From assembly GCA_037190965.1 (NCBI GenBank), contig JBBCKI010000030.1, positions 1-64,000 of the forward strand: DNA of 64,000 nt. The letters run 5' to 3'. The notes under the pieces were generated by a model. The model was not told where the DNA came from. It searched no databases and saw only the letters and a list, made by a program, of their open reading frames with translations. The stretch is from Chthoniobacteraceae bacterium. Lineage in GTDB: Bacteria; Verrucomicrobiota; Verrucomicrobiia; Chthoniobacterales; Chthoniobacteraceae. Positions 46,739-58,897 of the stretch are shown in pieces (position 1 is the first letter of the stretch; every line of letters starts with the position of its first letter). The position numbers and the translations under genes were made by a program.

Positions 46739-47078
46739 CGGTATTCTTCAAGCTATCGAGGTCGTCGGTGCCAAGATCGCGGTAGGCGTTCTTGAGAAGA
46801 ACAAGGGCAAAGGCGATGACTCCGAAGCCGATCACGATGGCGGTCAGGATCAAGGCTTGCGGCAGTGGATCGGGATAACCCGGAGGCGGCGCCGTTTGCC
46901 CCTCCTGAATAATGGGAGAGACGCCTGACCCAAGCCCTGGAAGCACGAGAATCACAAGATTTGCCGCTTGGCTAATAAACAAAATCCCCACGAGCAGACG
47001 GGTAATATTCCTCCGCAGAAGCAAATAAAAGCCGCAGGTAAAGAGGAATCCCGTGAGAAGAATAATGATGGTCTCCAT
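46731..47078 (-). CDS. mrpC: Mrp Na+/H+ antiporter subunit C
   Basis: DPLPQALILTAIVIGFG; start ATG 47078. Confidence 0.94.
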   Translation of the reverse strand: METIIILLTGFLFTCGFYLLLRRNITRLLVGILFISQAANLVILVLPGLGSGVSPIIQEGQTAPPPGYPDPLPQALILTAIVIGFGVIAFALVLLKNAYRDLGTDDLDSLKNTDV

Positions 47079-47083
47079 GACGA

Positions 47084-49846
47084 CTATGGAAAAGAAAGCG
47101 ATTTGGGAGTCTCCGAGCGAATCAACCGGGTGAGAATCAACAGGCAAACGCCGATCACCACCAGGTAAACGCCGATATCAAAAAGGAACGGGGTTCCAAA
47201 CTTCGTGATCCCCACCAGGGGAAGCCACAGGGCCCCTACCCAGACACCCTTCATGAAAACCTCCGAGAGAAAGATCGAAGGAAGCGTGCTCAGGACGGCG
47301 ACAGCAATGCCGGTTCCGATGAAAAGCAACGGAGTCCGCGGGGCGTGAAATGGATGATCCGCATTCCCCATCCGCCGCAATAGCAGGCCACTTCCGGCGA
47401 CCAGCCCTCCGATAAAACCTCCGCCGGGTTCGTTATGGCCTCTGAAAAGAATGAAAACCGACAAGAAGAGCAATAGGGGTGTCAACCACGAGACGGCAGT
47501 TCTGAACAACGGCGTTGCAATGACCAGCTCGGCCTTCAGATTGCGCCGTCCCGATCCCAGAAGAAGACCAGCCACCCCAATGGCGGCAATCGCCAGAACA
47601 CAGATCTCCCCCATCGTGTCAAAAGCGCGAAAATCGACGAGGATCACGTTTACAATATTCTTCCCGTTTGCCTCCGGCAGGCTTCGGGCAGCCATCTCTG
47701 TCGAAATGCGCTGGGCTTCCGGTATCGGAGCACCTCGCACGGCCAGCAACGTCGCCGTAATCGCAAGCCCTCCGGCGAGCGCGATCAAGAAGTCAGTAAT
47801 TCTTCTCCGGCCCGAAGAACGAGTTTGGGATTCAATGGGAGGCAGCGCCCGCATGACCAGCGAGAACAGCACGAGCGTCAATGTTTCAACAAGCACCTGC
47901 GTTAAGGCCAGATCCGGCGCGCCGAAGAGCGCAAAGAGCAACGCCACGCCATACCCCACGCCGCCCATCGCCAACACCGCCATCACCGTACTGCGCGAGC
48001 GGATCGCCGCGATCCCCGAGAACACCGTCAGCAAAGAAATTCCCAACGGCACTAAACGCATCGGCCCACCTTGCGGCGGGCCACTCCAGCCGGTGCTTAC
48101 CAAAGAGGCAGTGATAATGGCGGAGAGAGAGACGATTACGACCGCAATATAAAGCCGAAGATTGCCATGCTGGAAAAACCGCGTGACCGAGGCGGCGACC
48201 GACACCATCCCTTGCACTCCGGCGTCGAAGGTCTTTGATGCCGTCGGGACTCGCTCAAGCAGAAGGTGCATGCCTGCACGGATCCGATTCTGAAAGAGGT
48301 AGAGCAAGACTCCAACAACGACCGTCACCCCGCTCAGCACCAACAGTAGATTCAAGCCATGCCAGAGCTTGAGATGGGATTCGATGGGCCGTTGAACAAT
48401 ATCCCGGACGGCCATATCAATCACCCCATGCCCAAGCAGGTTGGGAAAAAGACCAAACAATGCTCCGGCAAGCGCCAGCAACAGGGGTCCGGTTAAAAGA
48501 GCCGGTTTGCGAGCCTTGGGATTGATCTCAGGAATTGTGCCACGCCGTCGAAAAGGAGAAATGCCCACCTTCAGGGCTACGGTGACATTGATGGCATTCG
48601 CAGCAAAACCAAGGACGGTGATGAATACCGCATAGCTCGTCGCATTCAGTTGAGCCTCATAGAGGAGCTCCTTCCCGATAAATCCGACAAAAGGAGGCAA
48701 CCCGGACATTGAAAACGCCGCGAGGGCTGCCGCGAAGGCAAGCATAGGCATCGGCCGCCCCAAACCCTGAAGGAGGGTGATATTCCGCGTGCCGACAGCC
48801 TTATCCACCACCCCGGCGATCATGAACAAGGGAGCCTTGTAAAGCGCGTGAACGACAAGAAAGACCATCGCTGCCTTAATGGCCAGTTCCGTACCGAGCC
48901 CCAGCAGCATGACCAGCGTGCCAAGCGCGCTCATCGTCGAGTAGGCGAGCAGACGCTTGAGATCCACTTGAGCCAGAGCCAGCAATCCCCCCAACAGCAT
49001 GGTGACCGCTCCGGTAGTCGTCAGCACGTCATGCCATATCTCGGTCCCGCCAAGGATCGGAAGAAACTTGGCGAGCAAAAACACCCCGGCCTTCACCATC
49101 GTCGCCGAGTGAAGATAGGCACTGACCGGCGTCGGGGCGGCCATTGCATCGGGAAGCCAGAAATGCAGGGGAGCCTGAGCGGATTTACTGAACGCTCCCA
49201 GCACCACAAGAATGAAGATCGCGAGATAAAGCGAGCTGTTACGAATCAGGTCGCCACTATTCTGAAGCGCAACCAAGCTGTAGGTTCCGGCTTCCGCACC
49301 GAGTAACAGAATGCCTGCGAGCAGCGCGAGCCCTCCGGCACTAGTGACCAACAAGGCCCTTAGCGCTGCTTTCCTTGCCGCCGATTCCTGATGAGAAAGG
49401 CCGATAAGCAGATAACTCGCAAGGCTCGTCAGCTCCCAGAAAACAAATAACAAGAGCAAGTTATCGGAAGAGGCAATCCCCAGCATCGCCAGCATGAAGA
49501 GATGGACGAACGCAAAGAAAGGGGGAGCCTGCGGCGACCCCTTCAAATAACCGCCACCGTAGATCAAGATTAGCGAACCGATGCCGGTCACGAGAAGGGA
49601 AAGCAACAGCCCGACGCCATCGAGCCTGAACCCGAGCGTTACCCCCAATTGTGGAACCCACTCTACAGACCATTTGGGGAAACTCCCTGCTCCAATCGCG
49701 CCACCTTGCGTGAGCAGCCAGAGAAAGATGCCGAGCGGAACCATTGCCGAGCACCAGCCTGCCCAGACGCTGTTTCGCTTTGCAATGACGGGCCAAAACA
49801 GCGAACCGAATGCCACTGCCGCTAATCCAATCAGAAACCCTTCCAT
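47084..49846 (-). CDS. mrpA: Mrp Na+/H+ antiporter subunit A/B fusion (group 2 mrp)
   Basis: [58 protein letters not shown], MrpB motifs [13 protein letters not shown] and FDIGVY. Confidence 0.94.
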   Translation of the reverse strand: MEGFLIGLAAVAFGSLFWPVIAKRNSVWAGWCSAMVPLGIFLWLLTQGGAIGAGSFPKWSVEWVPQLGVTLGFRLDGVGLLLSLLVTGIGSLILIYGGGYLKGSPQAPPFFAFVHLFMLAMLGIASSDNLLLLFVFWELTSLASYLLIGLSHQESAARKAALRALLVTSAGGLALLAGILLLGAEAGTYSLVALQNSGDLIRNSSLYLAIFILVVLGAFSKSAQAPLHFWLPDAMAAPTPVSAYLHSATMVKAGVFLLAKFLPILGGTEIWHDVLTTTGAVTMLLGGLLALAQVDLKRLLAYSTMSALGTLVMLLGLGTELAIKAAMVFLVVHALYKAPLFMIAGVVDKAVGTRNITLLQGLGRPMPMLAFAAALAAFSMSGLPPFVGFIGKELLYEAQLNATSYAVFITVLGFAANAINVTVALKVGISPFRRRGTIPEINPKARKPALLTGPLLLALAGALFGLFPNLLGHGVIDMAVRDIVQRPIESHLKLWHGLNLLLVLSGVTVVVGVLLYLFQNRIRAGMHLLLERVPTASKTFDAGVQGMVSVAASVTRFFQHGNLRLYIAVVIVSLSAIITASLVSTGWSGPPQGGPMRLVPLGISLLTVFSGIAAIRSRSTVMAVLAMGGVGYGVALLFALFGAPDLALTQVLVETLTLVLFSLVMRALPPIESQTRSSGRRRITDFLIALAGGLAITATLLAVRGAPIPEAQRISTEMAARSLPEANGKNIVNVILVDFRAFDTMGEICVLAIAAIGVAGLLLGSGRRNLKAELVIATPLFRTAVSWLTPLLLFLSVFILFRGHNEPGGGFIGGLVAGSGLLLRRMGNADHPFHAPRTPLLFIGTGIAVAVLSTLPSIFLSEVFMKGVWVGALWLPLVGITKFGTPFLFDIGVYLVVIGVCLLILTRLIRSETPKSLSFP

Positions 49847-50015
49847 CGTGAATTTTGCTGAAAACGCCGCAGATACGACCGATCTAAACCGGCAATTTGA
49901 GAAATCTGACCGACTGACCGAAAGCCAGATCCAAAGGTGAAGCAAACATCAATGCCGGGGAAAGCGCGGCAAAGAAAGAAAGTTTAAATAAAAACATGGG
50001 CACGCAAATTAACAG

Positions 50016-50070
50016 TGGCGACCCTACCACTGTCATTGACTATCACTGCCGGGATGCAGCGAAACCCTTA
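50016..50070 (-). ncRNA. Candidate nhaA-I-like alkali-cation riboswitch in the mrp leader
   Basis: Minus strand GGGTT-TCGCTGC-ATCCCG-GCAGTGA-TA-GTCAATGAC-AG-TGGTAGGGTCGCCA, directly after a promoter and upstream of Na+/H+ antiporter genes; resemblance to the nhaA-I consensus is from memory. Confidence 0.65.
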
Positions 50071-50076
50071 ACCGTG

Positions 50077-50104
50077 AAGCTAGACGACTCTCCTTGATTG
50101 TCAA
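50077..50104 (-). promoter_or_regulatory. Sigma70-type promoter for the mrp leader
   Basis: Minus strand TTGACA-N16-TAGCTT; predicted start ~50070. Confidence 0.7.
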
Positions 50105-50207
50105 GAGAGTGAGAGTTGGATCGCCGCCGAAACCCCTCCTCTCCGATCTTTTTTGATCAGGATTCTCTTCTTTTCCAACCGGCGAGTGGTTTAAGATCCG
50201 TCCTCCT

Positions 50208-50804
50208 ATGTTCACCGGCCTTGTTGAAGAAACCGCTTCCGTTGTTGCGCTGACTCCCATTGCCCAAGGAGCCACCCTGACGGTGCAAGCTTCTCACGTG
50301 GTCGAGGGCACCCGCCTTGGCGATTCCATCGCGGTCAACGGCTGCTGCCTGACGGTCACCGCCATTTCGGAAGGGCGACTTGCATTCGATCTGCTGGCGG
50401 AAACGCTCGCACGGACGAATCTCGGCGCGTTGAACCCCGGCGCGCTCGTCAATCTGGAGCGCGCCCTCCCCGCCAACGGGCGGTTGGGAGGCCACTTCGT
50501 ACAAGGGCATATCGACTGCACCAGCCGCGTCATCGCGCTGGAGCCGCACGGGCAGGATCACCGCCTTGAAATCGCATTGCCCGCCGAGTTTGCGAAATAC
50601 GTCGTCTTCAAAGGCTCGATCGCCGTCAACGGAATCAGCCTCACCGTCGCGGAAGTCCGGGAAAACAGCTTTGTGCTCTGGATCATCCCGCATACCCTGG
50701 CGGTCACCAATCTGGGGACTTTGCGAGAAGGCGATGCGGCAAACCTCGAATTCGATCTCCTCGCCAAGTATTTGGAACGCATGATAACGCACAGGGAAGC
50801 CTAG
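50208..50804 (+). CDS. ribE: Riboflavin synthase alpha chain
   Basis: MFTGL N-terminus, GDSIAVNGCCLTV, VNLERAL, GGHFVQGHID, KGSIAVNGISLTV. Confidence 0.96.
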   Translation: MFTGLVEETASVVALTPIAQGATLTVQASHVVEGTRLGDSIAVNGCCLTVTAISEGRLAFDLLAETLARTNLGALNPGALVNLERALPANGRLGGHFVQGHIDCTSRVIALEPHGQDHRLEIALPAEFAKYVVFKGSIAVNGISLTVAEVRENSFVLWIIPHTLAVTNLGTLREGDAANLEFDLLAKYLERMITHREA

Positions 50805-50899
50805 GGCGCGTCCGAATTCGGAGTTCGGGCGTCATTCCGTTGAGATTGATCCCCCCGAAAGATTGGATCAATCTGGCTCTCCTTCAAAGTCATCCCTCC

Positions 50900-53185
<2,286 letters not shown>

Positions 53186-53229
53186 AAAACCACCGGGTTC
53201 CATAGAAATCACCGAAGGAAGGAATCGCA

Positions 53230-53970
53230 ATGGATGTCATTGAAGCCGATCAGCTAACCCCCACGCAGGCGTTCGATCATTGGTACTACCGTTCGAAATT
53301 CGAACTGCTGAGCGATCACCTGGACAGGCTCGCGCTTCCTCCCGATGCCTCAGTGGCCGACGTCGGGTGCGGCATCGGGCTTTTTCTCACGTTGCTGGAA
53401 AAATCGAAACGTTTTGCCCCCCACCAGATGGTGGGAATCGACCTTGCCTATTCGGAACCGACTCTCGCGGTGCAGGGGCGAACGGTAATCAGACCCGATT
53501 GGCCCGCCGGTGACCTCTTCGATCTCATCCTGATGATGCATGTATTGGAGCACGTGGAGGACGACCGAGCCATGTTGGCTGATGCGGCGAATCGATTGTC
53601 TGACTCCGGCTACATTTTCATCGATGTCCCGGCCTTCCCGTTCCTCTACTCCGCGCATGACCGGTTTCTGGGCCACTACCGGCGATACACCACGCAGTCG
53701 CTGGAAGAACTCGTCCGTAGCACCGGCAACCTCGAGTTGGTGGGTGTCCATTATTTCTTCGCCGCGATCTTTCCCGCTGCCGCTCTTTGGCGTCTGCTCC
53801 GCGGCAACGAAGACGAAAAACGATCTTCCGATTTGAAGCCGCTCCCAGCCTGGTTGAACAAGCTGCTTATCAAGGCCCATCGGGTTGAACGAAGCTTCGC
53901 CCGCTTTAATAACCTGTTCGGCCTCTCGGCGCTCGCGATCGCGCGGAAGATCCCGGGGGCAGGAGTTTAA
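53230..53970 (+). CDS. Class I SAM-dependent methyltransferase
   Basis: HWYYRSK, VADVGCGIG, HVLEHVEDD, VPAFPFLYSAHD, GHYRRY. Confidence 0.88.
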   Translation: MDVIEADQLTPTQAFDHWYYRSKFELLSDHLDRLALPPDASVADVGCGIGLFLTLLEKSKRFAPHQMVGIDLAYSEPTLAVQGRTVIRPDWPAGDLFDLILMMHVLEHVEDDRAMLADAANRLSDSGYIFIDVPAFPFLYSAHDRFLGHYRRYTTQSLEELVRSTGNLELVGVHYFFAAIFPAAALWRLLRGNEDEKRSSDLKPLPAWLNKLLIKAHRVERSFARFNNLFGLSALAIARKIPGAGV

Positions 53971-53995
53971 AACTCCAAAAGCACGGCCGCTTCCC

Positions 53996-54150
53996 CTCGT
54001 TACCAATCTCCAGATTGGTAATGCCCCTGTCTGCGAATCTCCGATTCGTAAACCTCGAGGAATCTCAAAGCACTGCTTGCACGACGAGGGGCGCTGACGA
54101 AACTGGAGTTTCGAAGACAATTGCATTCCCAATCAGAGATTGGGAACGAG
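53996..54150. repeat. Second-type REP doublet (CTCGTT(A/C)CCAATCTC..GATTGG type)
   Basis: Left end CTCGTTACCAATCTCCAGATTGGTAATGC and right end GCATTCCCAATCAGAGATTGGGAACGAG are inverted copies, each itself a hairpin; inner hairpins CGAATCTCCGATTCG and CGAAACTGGAGTTTCG. Confidence 0.8.
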
Positions 54151-54170
54151 AGCAATTCAGAGATAACCGA

Positions 54171-54216
54171 TTTAAAACTCCAAAAGCACGGCCCTTTTCG
54201 AGAGCCGTGCTTCTGG
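54171..54216 (-). terminator. Intrinsic terminator of rpsT
   Basis: Minus strand AGCACGGCTCTCGAAAAGGGCCGTGCT-TTTGGAGTTTTAAA just after the rpsT stop. Confidence 0.75.
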
Positions 54217-54241
54217 AAAATAAAAAACGGAAAAAAACGGA

Positions 54242-54505
54242 CTAAGCGAGAGCGGCCAGCTTCTTCTGGAAGCGGCTCTTCTTGCGGTCGGCGAGGTTCT
54301 TGTGAACGCGGCCGGTTTTCACGGCTTTGTCGAGAGCGGAAGCGAGCGTCTGCAGACCGGCTTTGGCTTCGTCTTTCTTGCCGGCGGCGATAGCGGCGGA
54401 GAGGGCCTTAGTGTAGGTTTTGATCGCGCTCAAGGCGGCGCGGTTTTGCTCCGTACGGACGACAGTCTGACGGGCGCGTTTGGCAGCGGATTTGATGTTG
54501 GCCAT
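54242..54505 (-). CDS. rpsT: 30S ribosomal protein S20
   Basis: MANIKSAAKRARQ...LDKAVKTGRVHKNLADRKKSR. Confidence 0.97.
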   Translation of the reverse strand: MANIKSAAKRARQTVVRTEQNRAALSAIKTYTKALSAAIAAGKKDEAKAGLQTLASALDKAVKTGRVHKNLADRKKSRFQKKLAALA

Positions 54506-54533
54506 GGCTGATCTAGAAAATTAAAGGAGGCGG

Positions 54534-54562
54534 AAAATGAACGTTGATCGCAAATTTGTCAA
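54534..54562 (-). promoter_or_regulatory. Putative sigma70 promoter of rpsT
   Basis: Minus strand TTGACA-N17-CATTTT. Confidence 0.5.
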
Positions 54563-54581
54563 CACCATAGAGAGGAACCCG

Positions 54582-54610
54582 TTGACGTCAGGCGCTCATC
54601 CCGCCATATT
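54582..54610 (+). promoter_or_regulatory. Putative sigma70 promoter of typA
   Basis: TTGACG-N17-CATATT. Confidence 0.5.
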
Positions 54611-54647
54611 CGCCCCCCTTCTGAAAGAGAAATCCACGAGTTTAGAT

Positions 54648-56471
54648 ATGGACCACATCCGCAACATCGCCATCATCGCGCACGTCGATCATGGCAAAAC
54701 CACACTGGTTGACCAGCTGCTCAAGCAGTCCGGCACATTCCGCGCCAACCAGGCCATCGCAAGCGAAGAGCGCATCATGGACTCGATGGACCTCGAGCGT
54801 GAGAAAGGAATTACGATCCGCGCAAAGAACGCCGCCTACAAGTGGCGCGACTACCACGTCAACATCATCGACACCCCTGGCCACGCCGACTTCGGCGGCG
54901 AAGTGGAGCGGATCATGAAAATGGTCGACGGCGTGCTCCTGGTGGTCGATTCCCACGACGGCCCGCAGGCCCAGACCAAGTTCGTTCTTAAAAAGGCGCT
55001 CGCCAACGGCGTCAAGCCGATCGTCGTCATCAACAAGATCGACCGCGAGAACGCCCGCCCTCACAAGGTGCTCGACATGGTGTTCGACCTTTTCGTCGAA
55101 CTCAACGCCAACGACGAGCAGCTCGACTTCCCTGTGATCTACGGCAGCGGCCGCGACGGCTACGCCATGAAGGAGCTCGGGCAATCCTCCGACAATTTCG
55201 AACCTCTCTATGAGGCGATCGTGGAGCACATCCCGCCGCCCCCGAAATCCGACGTGAGCTACTTCCAGATGATCGCGTCGAACCTCGACTACTCCGATTA
55301 TCTGGGCCGTATCGCTTACGGCCGCATCGTCAGCGGACGCGTTTCCGTCGGCGACTCGATCGTCTGCATCCACCAGGACGGACGCCGCGAACGCGCCAAC
55401 GTCACCGCGCTCTTCGGCCACCAGGGGCTCAACAAGATCGAGCTCAAGCATGCCAGCGCAGGCGACATCGTCGGTCTCTGCGGTTTTGAAGACGTCTTCA
55501 TCGGCGAAACGATCACCGACAGTGAAGAGCGCCTCCCGCTTCCTTTCGTCGACATCGATCCTCCGACGATCACGATGAAGATCTGCATCAACGACGGCCC
55601 GCTGGCCGGTCGCGAAGGCAAGCTCCTCACCGCCCGTCAGGTCCGCGAACGTCTCGTCCGCGAAACCCGCACGAACGTTTCCATCATTTTCAACGATACG
55701 GATACCGCCGGTCACTTCGAAGTGCAGGCGCGTGGCGAAATGCAGATCGCGATCATCGTGGAGCAGATGCGCCGCGAAGGGTTCGAAGTGCTCGTCTCCC
55801 GTCCCGAGGTCATCTTCCAACGCGACGAGCAGGGCAACCTGCTTGAACCGATGGAAACCCTCTACGTCGACGTGCCGAACGAGAACCTCGGCGATATCCT
55901 CCAGAGCCTCGCGGGCCGTAAGGCGGAAATCGTCAACATGGAGCACCAGACGCACAGCGTCACCGTGGAAGCCGTCCTCCCGACGCGCGGCTTGATCGGC
56001 TTCGAAACCGATCTCGTCAACTGCACTCGCGGTCACGGTATCGCTTCGCACCTCTTCAAGGAATACGCCCCGCACAAGGGCGAAATCCCGACCCGCAACA
56101 ACGGCGTGCTGATCTCCATGGAGAACGGCATCTCGACCTCCTACGCCCTGGAGACCATCCAGGAGCGTGGCCGCCTCTTCATCGGGCCACAGGAAGAAGT
56201 CTACGAAGGGATGATCATCGGCGAAAACGCCCGTCCGGACGACATGCCGGTGAACCCGACCCGCGCCAAGAAGCTCACCAACATGCGCTCGCAGGGTGAC
56301 GGCAAGGGGATCTCCCTCGCGCCGCCGCTCACGATGACGCTGGAACGCTCGCTCGAGTACATCGCCCCTGACGAATACGTCGAGGCGACCCCGAAGAGCC
56401 TCCGTCTGCGCAAGAAGATCCTCGACGCGAACGCCCGCAAGCGTGCCGGAAACACGCCGAAGGTCGGCTAA
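54648..56471 (+). CDS. typA: Translational GTPase TypA/BipA
   Basis: IRNIAIIAHVDHGKTT, DTPGHADFGGEVER, INKID, ARGEMQ, MRREG, VEATPKSLRLRK. Confidence 0.97.
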   Translation: MDHIRNIAIIAHVDHGKTTLVDQLLKQSGTFRANQAIASEERIMDSMDLEREKGITIRAKNAAYKWRDYHVNIIDTPGHADFGGEVERIMKMVDGVLLVVDSHDGPQAQTKFVLKKALANGVKPIVVINKIDRENARPHKVLDMVFDLFVELNANDEQLDFPVIYGSGRDGYAMKELGQSSDNFEPLYEAIVEHIPPPPKSDVSYFQMIASNLDYSDYLGRIAYGRIVSGRVSVGDSIVCIHQDGRRERANVTALFGHQGLNKIELKHASAGDIVGLCGFEDVFIGETITDSEERLPLPFVDIDPPTITMKICINDGPLAGREGKLLTARQVRERLVRETRTNVSIIFNDTDTAGHFEVQARGEMQIAIIVEQMRREGFEVLVSRPEVIFQRDEQGNLLEPMETLYVDVPNENLGDILQSLAGRKAEIVNMEHQTHSVTVEAVLPTRGLIGFETDLVNCTRGHGIASHLFKEYAPHKGEIPTRNNGVLISMENGISTSYALETIQERGRLFIGPQEEVYEGMIIGENARPDDMPVNPTRAKKLTNMRSQGDGKGISLAPPLTMTLERSLEYIAPDEYVEATPKSLRLRKKILDANARKRAGNTPKVG

Positions 56472-56494
56472 GCGGCTTCTTCATTTCGACTTGA

Positions 56495-56532
56495 AACCGT
56501 GCCCGGGCAACCCGCCCGGGCACGGTTGTTTT
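56495..56532 (+). terminator. Intrinsic terminator of typA
   Basis: AACCGTGCCCGGGC-AACCC-GCCCGGGCACGGTT-GTTTT, perfect 14-bp stem. Confidence 0.85.
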
Positions 56533-56679
56533 AAACCGTCCAAACCTTTTGGGCTCGAAGGCGCTTCCTGCTCACCAAAAGCTGCGGTCTCCGCAGCTTT
56601 CGCGCCTTTCCCTTCAACCTCCGTCACCCTCCTCAGGGCTGAGACGAACGATTCCCCAAAACGGCACGATACACGGGAG

Positions 56680-57399
56680 ATGAGTGCCTTTCAGGACGCC
56701 CCGGCCAATCCCTTGCCGCAACCGGAGTGGTTGAGCTATCTCCGTTCCGAGGAATGGACCGTTTTTTGCGAAATCTTCCGACGCACCCATGATGCAGGGA
56801 TTGAAATATTGCTTGGGGGCGGCCTTGCTCTTTCGGCCTATATGCCGCTCCGGCGCTGGACGAAGGACCTCGATTTTTACATCCGCCCCGCCGACCGGGA
56901 GCGGATGGTGGCGCTTCTGAACGAAGCCGGTTTCGCCGATTACCATGAGCAGCTCCCCTACGACCGGAGCTGGATTTACCGGGGAATTCGCAACGGGGTG
57001 ATCGTCGATGTCATCTGGAGCTTCGCCAACCACCTGACCGAGGTGGATGAAGAGTGGTTCCGGTTCAGCCGCAGCATCCGGTTCGACGGGTTCGACCTCC
57101 GCGTCATGCCGCCGGAAGAGTTAATCTGGGCAAAGCTCTTCGTCTTCCAGCGCGAACGGTGTGACTGGCCGGATATCCTCAATCTGCTTTACTACGCAGG
57201 GCCTGATCTTAACTGGGAGCGTCTTCGCGCCCGCCTTGGCCCCAATGAGCCGCTGTTCGAAGGCCTTCTCGCCGTGTTCCACTGGCTCTGCCCCACCCAT
57301 CTGCTGGAGAACCGGGACGCCGAGTGCCGGGCGGACCGCGTGAAGCTTCTCGACAGCCGCGACTGGTTCCTGCCCCAGTTCACCCCGCCATCGCCCTGA
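56680..57399 (+). CDS. Uncharacterised nucleotidyltransferase family protein
   Basis: LLGGGLAL...RWTKDLDFYI (hG[GS]...DxD), VIVDVI, PPEELIWAK, RERCDWPD. Confidence 0.8.
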   Translation: MSAFQDAPANPLPQPEWLSYLRSEEWTVFCEIFRRTHDAGIEILLGGGLALSAYMPLRRWTKDLDFYIRPADRERMVALLNEAGFADYHEQLPYDRSWIYRGIRNGVIVDVIWSFANHLTEVDEEWFRFSRSIRFDGFDLRVMPPEELIWAKLFVFQRERCDWPDILNLLYYAGPDLNWERLRARLGPNEPLFEGLLAVFHWLCPTHLLENRDAECRADRVKLLDSRDWFLPQFTPPSP

Positions 57400-57413
57400 T
57401 TGGCCTTGATCCC

Positions 57414-58190
57414 ATGCTCATCGGCGCCATGAACCATCCCCAGCGCGATCCTGTCCAGGAAATGGACTGGATGGGGCGGCTCGGGCTCGGTTTTGTGGAT
57501 TTGACGCTGGAGCCCCCTGCCGCCTCCTCCTCGCGAGTGGATGTCGCATCGCTTCGCGCCGGTCTGGAACACAACCGCCTGCGCGTGATCGGCCACACCC
57601 CGTTCTATCTCCCCATCGCCAGCCCCATTGAGGAACTCCGGCAGGCGGCCATCCTGGAGTTGAAACGCTGCATCGATGTCTTTGCGGCGCTCGGCGCGCT
57701 CTGGGTTAACGTCCATCCCGACTCCCATATGCATTTTTACCCCAAGGACGAAATGCGGGAGCAAAACCGCCGAAGCCTGCGCGAGCTTCTTGCCCATGCC
57801 TCCGAACGCGGAACCGGGCTGATGGTGGAGAACATCCCCAAAACGTTCAACTCCGTAACCCAGCTCGCGCCGCTGCTCGATCCCCTGCCGGAACTCGGGC
57901 TGCATCTCGACATCGGTCACGCCAACCTTCAGGTCGAAGAGAACACCACCGCGGAACTGGTGGCCCACTACGGCCCGCGCATCCGGCACGTTCATTTGCA
58001 CGACAACAAGGGAGGCTCCGCCGATCTTCATCTCCCCCTCGGCTCGGGCACCCTCGATCTTCGCCATGAACTGGCCGAACTGAAAGCCTCGGGCTACGAC
58101 GGGACGATCACCCTGGAAGTTTTCAGCCGCGATCCTCACTACTTCATCTACAGCCGGGACGTGCTGCGCACCCTCTGGGATGGGCTCTAA
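57414..58190 (+). CDS. Sugar phosphate isomerase/epimerase (xylose isomerase-like TIM barrel)
   Basis: LMVENI, LHLDIGHA, HVHLHDN, DLHLPLGSG, ITLEVF. Confidence 0.88.
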   Translation: MLIGAMNHPQRDPVQEMDWMGRLGLGFVDLTLEPPAASSSRVDVASLRAGLEHNRLRVIGHTPFYLPIASPIEELRQAAILELKRCIDVFAALGALWVNVHPDSHMHFYPKDEMREQNRRSLRELLAHASERGTGLMVENIPKTFNSVTQLAPLLDPLPELGLHLDIGHANLQVEENTTAELVAHYGPRIRHVHLHDNKGGSADLHLPLGSGTLDLRHELAELKASGYDGTITLEVFSRDPHYFIYSRDVLRTLWDGL

Positions 58191-58258
58191 AAAAACCATG
58201 TTTCCACACCGAAAATGGTTTTCCACCCAGCCGGTTTGATGCATGTTCCCTTTTTCCC

Positions 58259-58765
58259 ATGTCGCAAAAAGTCATCACCTTCCATTACACGCTCACCGAT
58301 TCGGACGGGGTCGTCATCGAAAGCTCGCTGAACCGTGATCCCGTGACGTTCATGACCAGCGTCGGGATGATCGTGCCGGGCCTTGAAAAGGAGATCATCC
58401 ATTTCGCGGAGGGCGACAAGCGCCGCGTGGAAGTAAAGGCGGAAGAGGCTTACGGCCTGATCGATTTCAACAAGTTCGTCCAGGTGCCGCGCGAAGCGTT
58501 GCCCAAGCCGGACATCGCCGTTGGGGACGTCTTCAGTTCCAACGCCGCTCCCACCCCTTTTACGGTCAAGCAGGTGAATGACACCCACGTCGTCCTTGAC
58601 GGCAACCACCCGCTGGCAGGCGAAGACCTCACCTTCGACGTGGAACTCGTGGAAAGCCGCGAAGCCACTCCTGAAGAGATCGCGCAGCTTGAGGAACAGC
58701 TTGCCAAGATGAGAGAGGGCGGCATGCCTCCCCAGCAGCCAGAAGCGCCGCAGGAAAACGCGTAA
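58259..58765 (+). CDS. slyD: FKBP-type peptidyl-prolyl isomerase (SlyD-like)
   Basis: FHYTLTD, IVPGLEK, AEEAYG, LDGNHPLAGEDLTFDVE. Confidence 0.9.
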   Translation: MSQKVITFHYTLTDSDGVVIESSLNRDPVTFMTSVGMIVPGLEKEIIHFAEGDKRRVEVKAEEAYGLIDFNKFVQVPREALPKPDIAVGDVFSSNAAPTPFTVKQVNDTHVVLDGNHPLAGEDLTFDVELVESREATPEEIAQLEEQLAKMREGGMPPQQPEAPQENA

Positions 58766-58787
58766 GCGCCGTTATTTTTTGGCTTTT

Positions 58788-58820
58788 GGCCGCCGTGAAA
58801 TCTCGCGGCGGCCTTTTTTG
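58788..58820 (+). terminator. Intrinsic terminator of slyD
   Basis: GGCCGCCGTGA-AATC-TCGCGGCGGCC-TTTTTT. Confidence 0.85.
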
Positions 58821-58897
58821 TTCATCCCCCGCCAGTTCCCTCGCTTGATTTTCTGACGACTCTGCTAAGCTCACCAGCGTGCATTCGACCGCCGCAA

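Noticed and set aside
50105..50207. FMN riboswitch upstream of ribE
   Set aside because: Leader too short and no recognisable RFN conserved motifs
54642..56075. 477-aa minus-strand ORF
   Set aside because: Antisense shadow of the codon-biased typA
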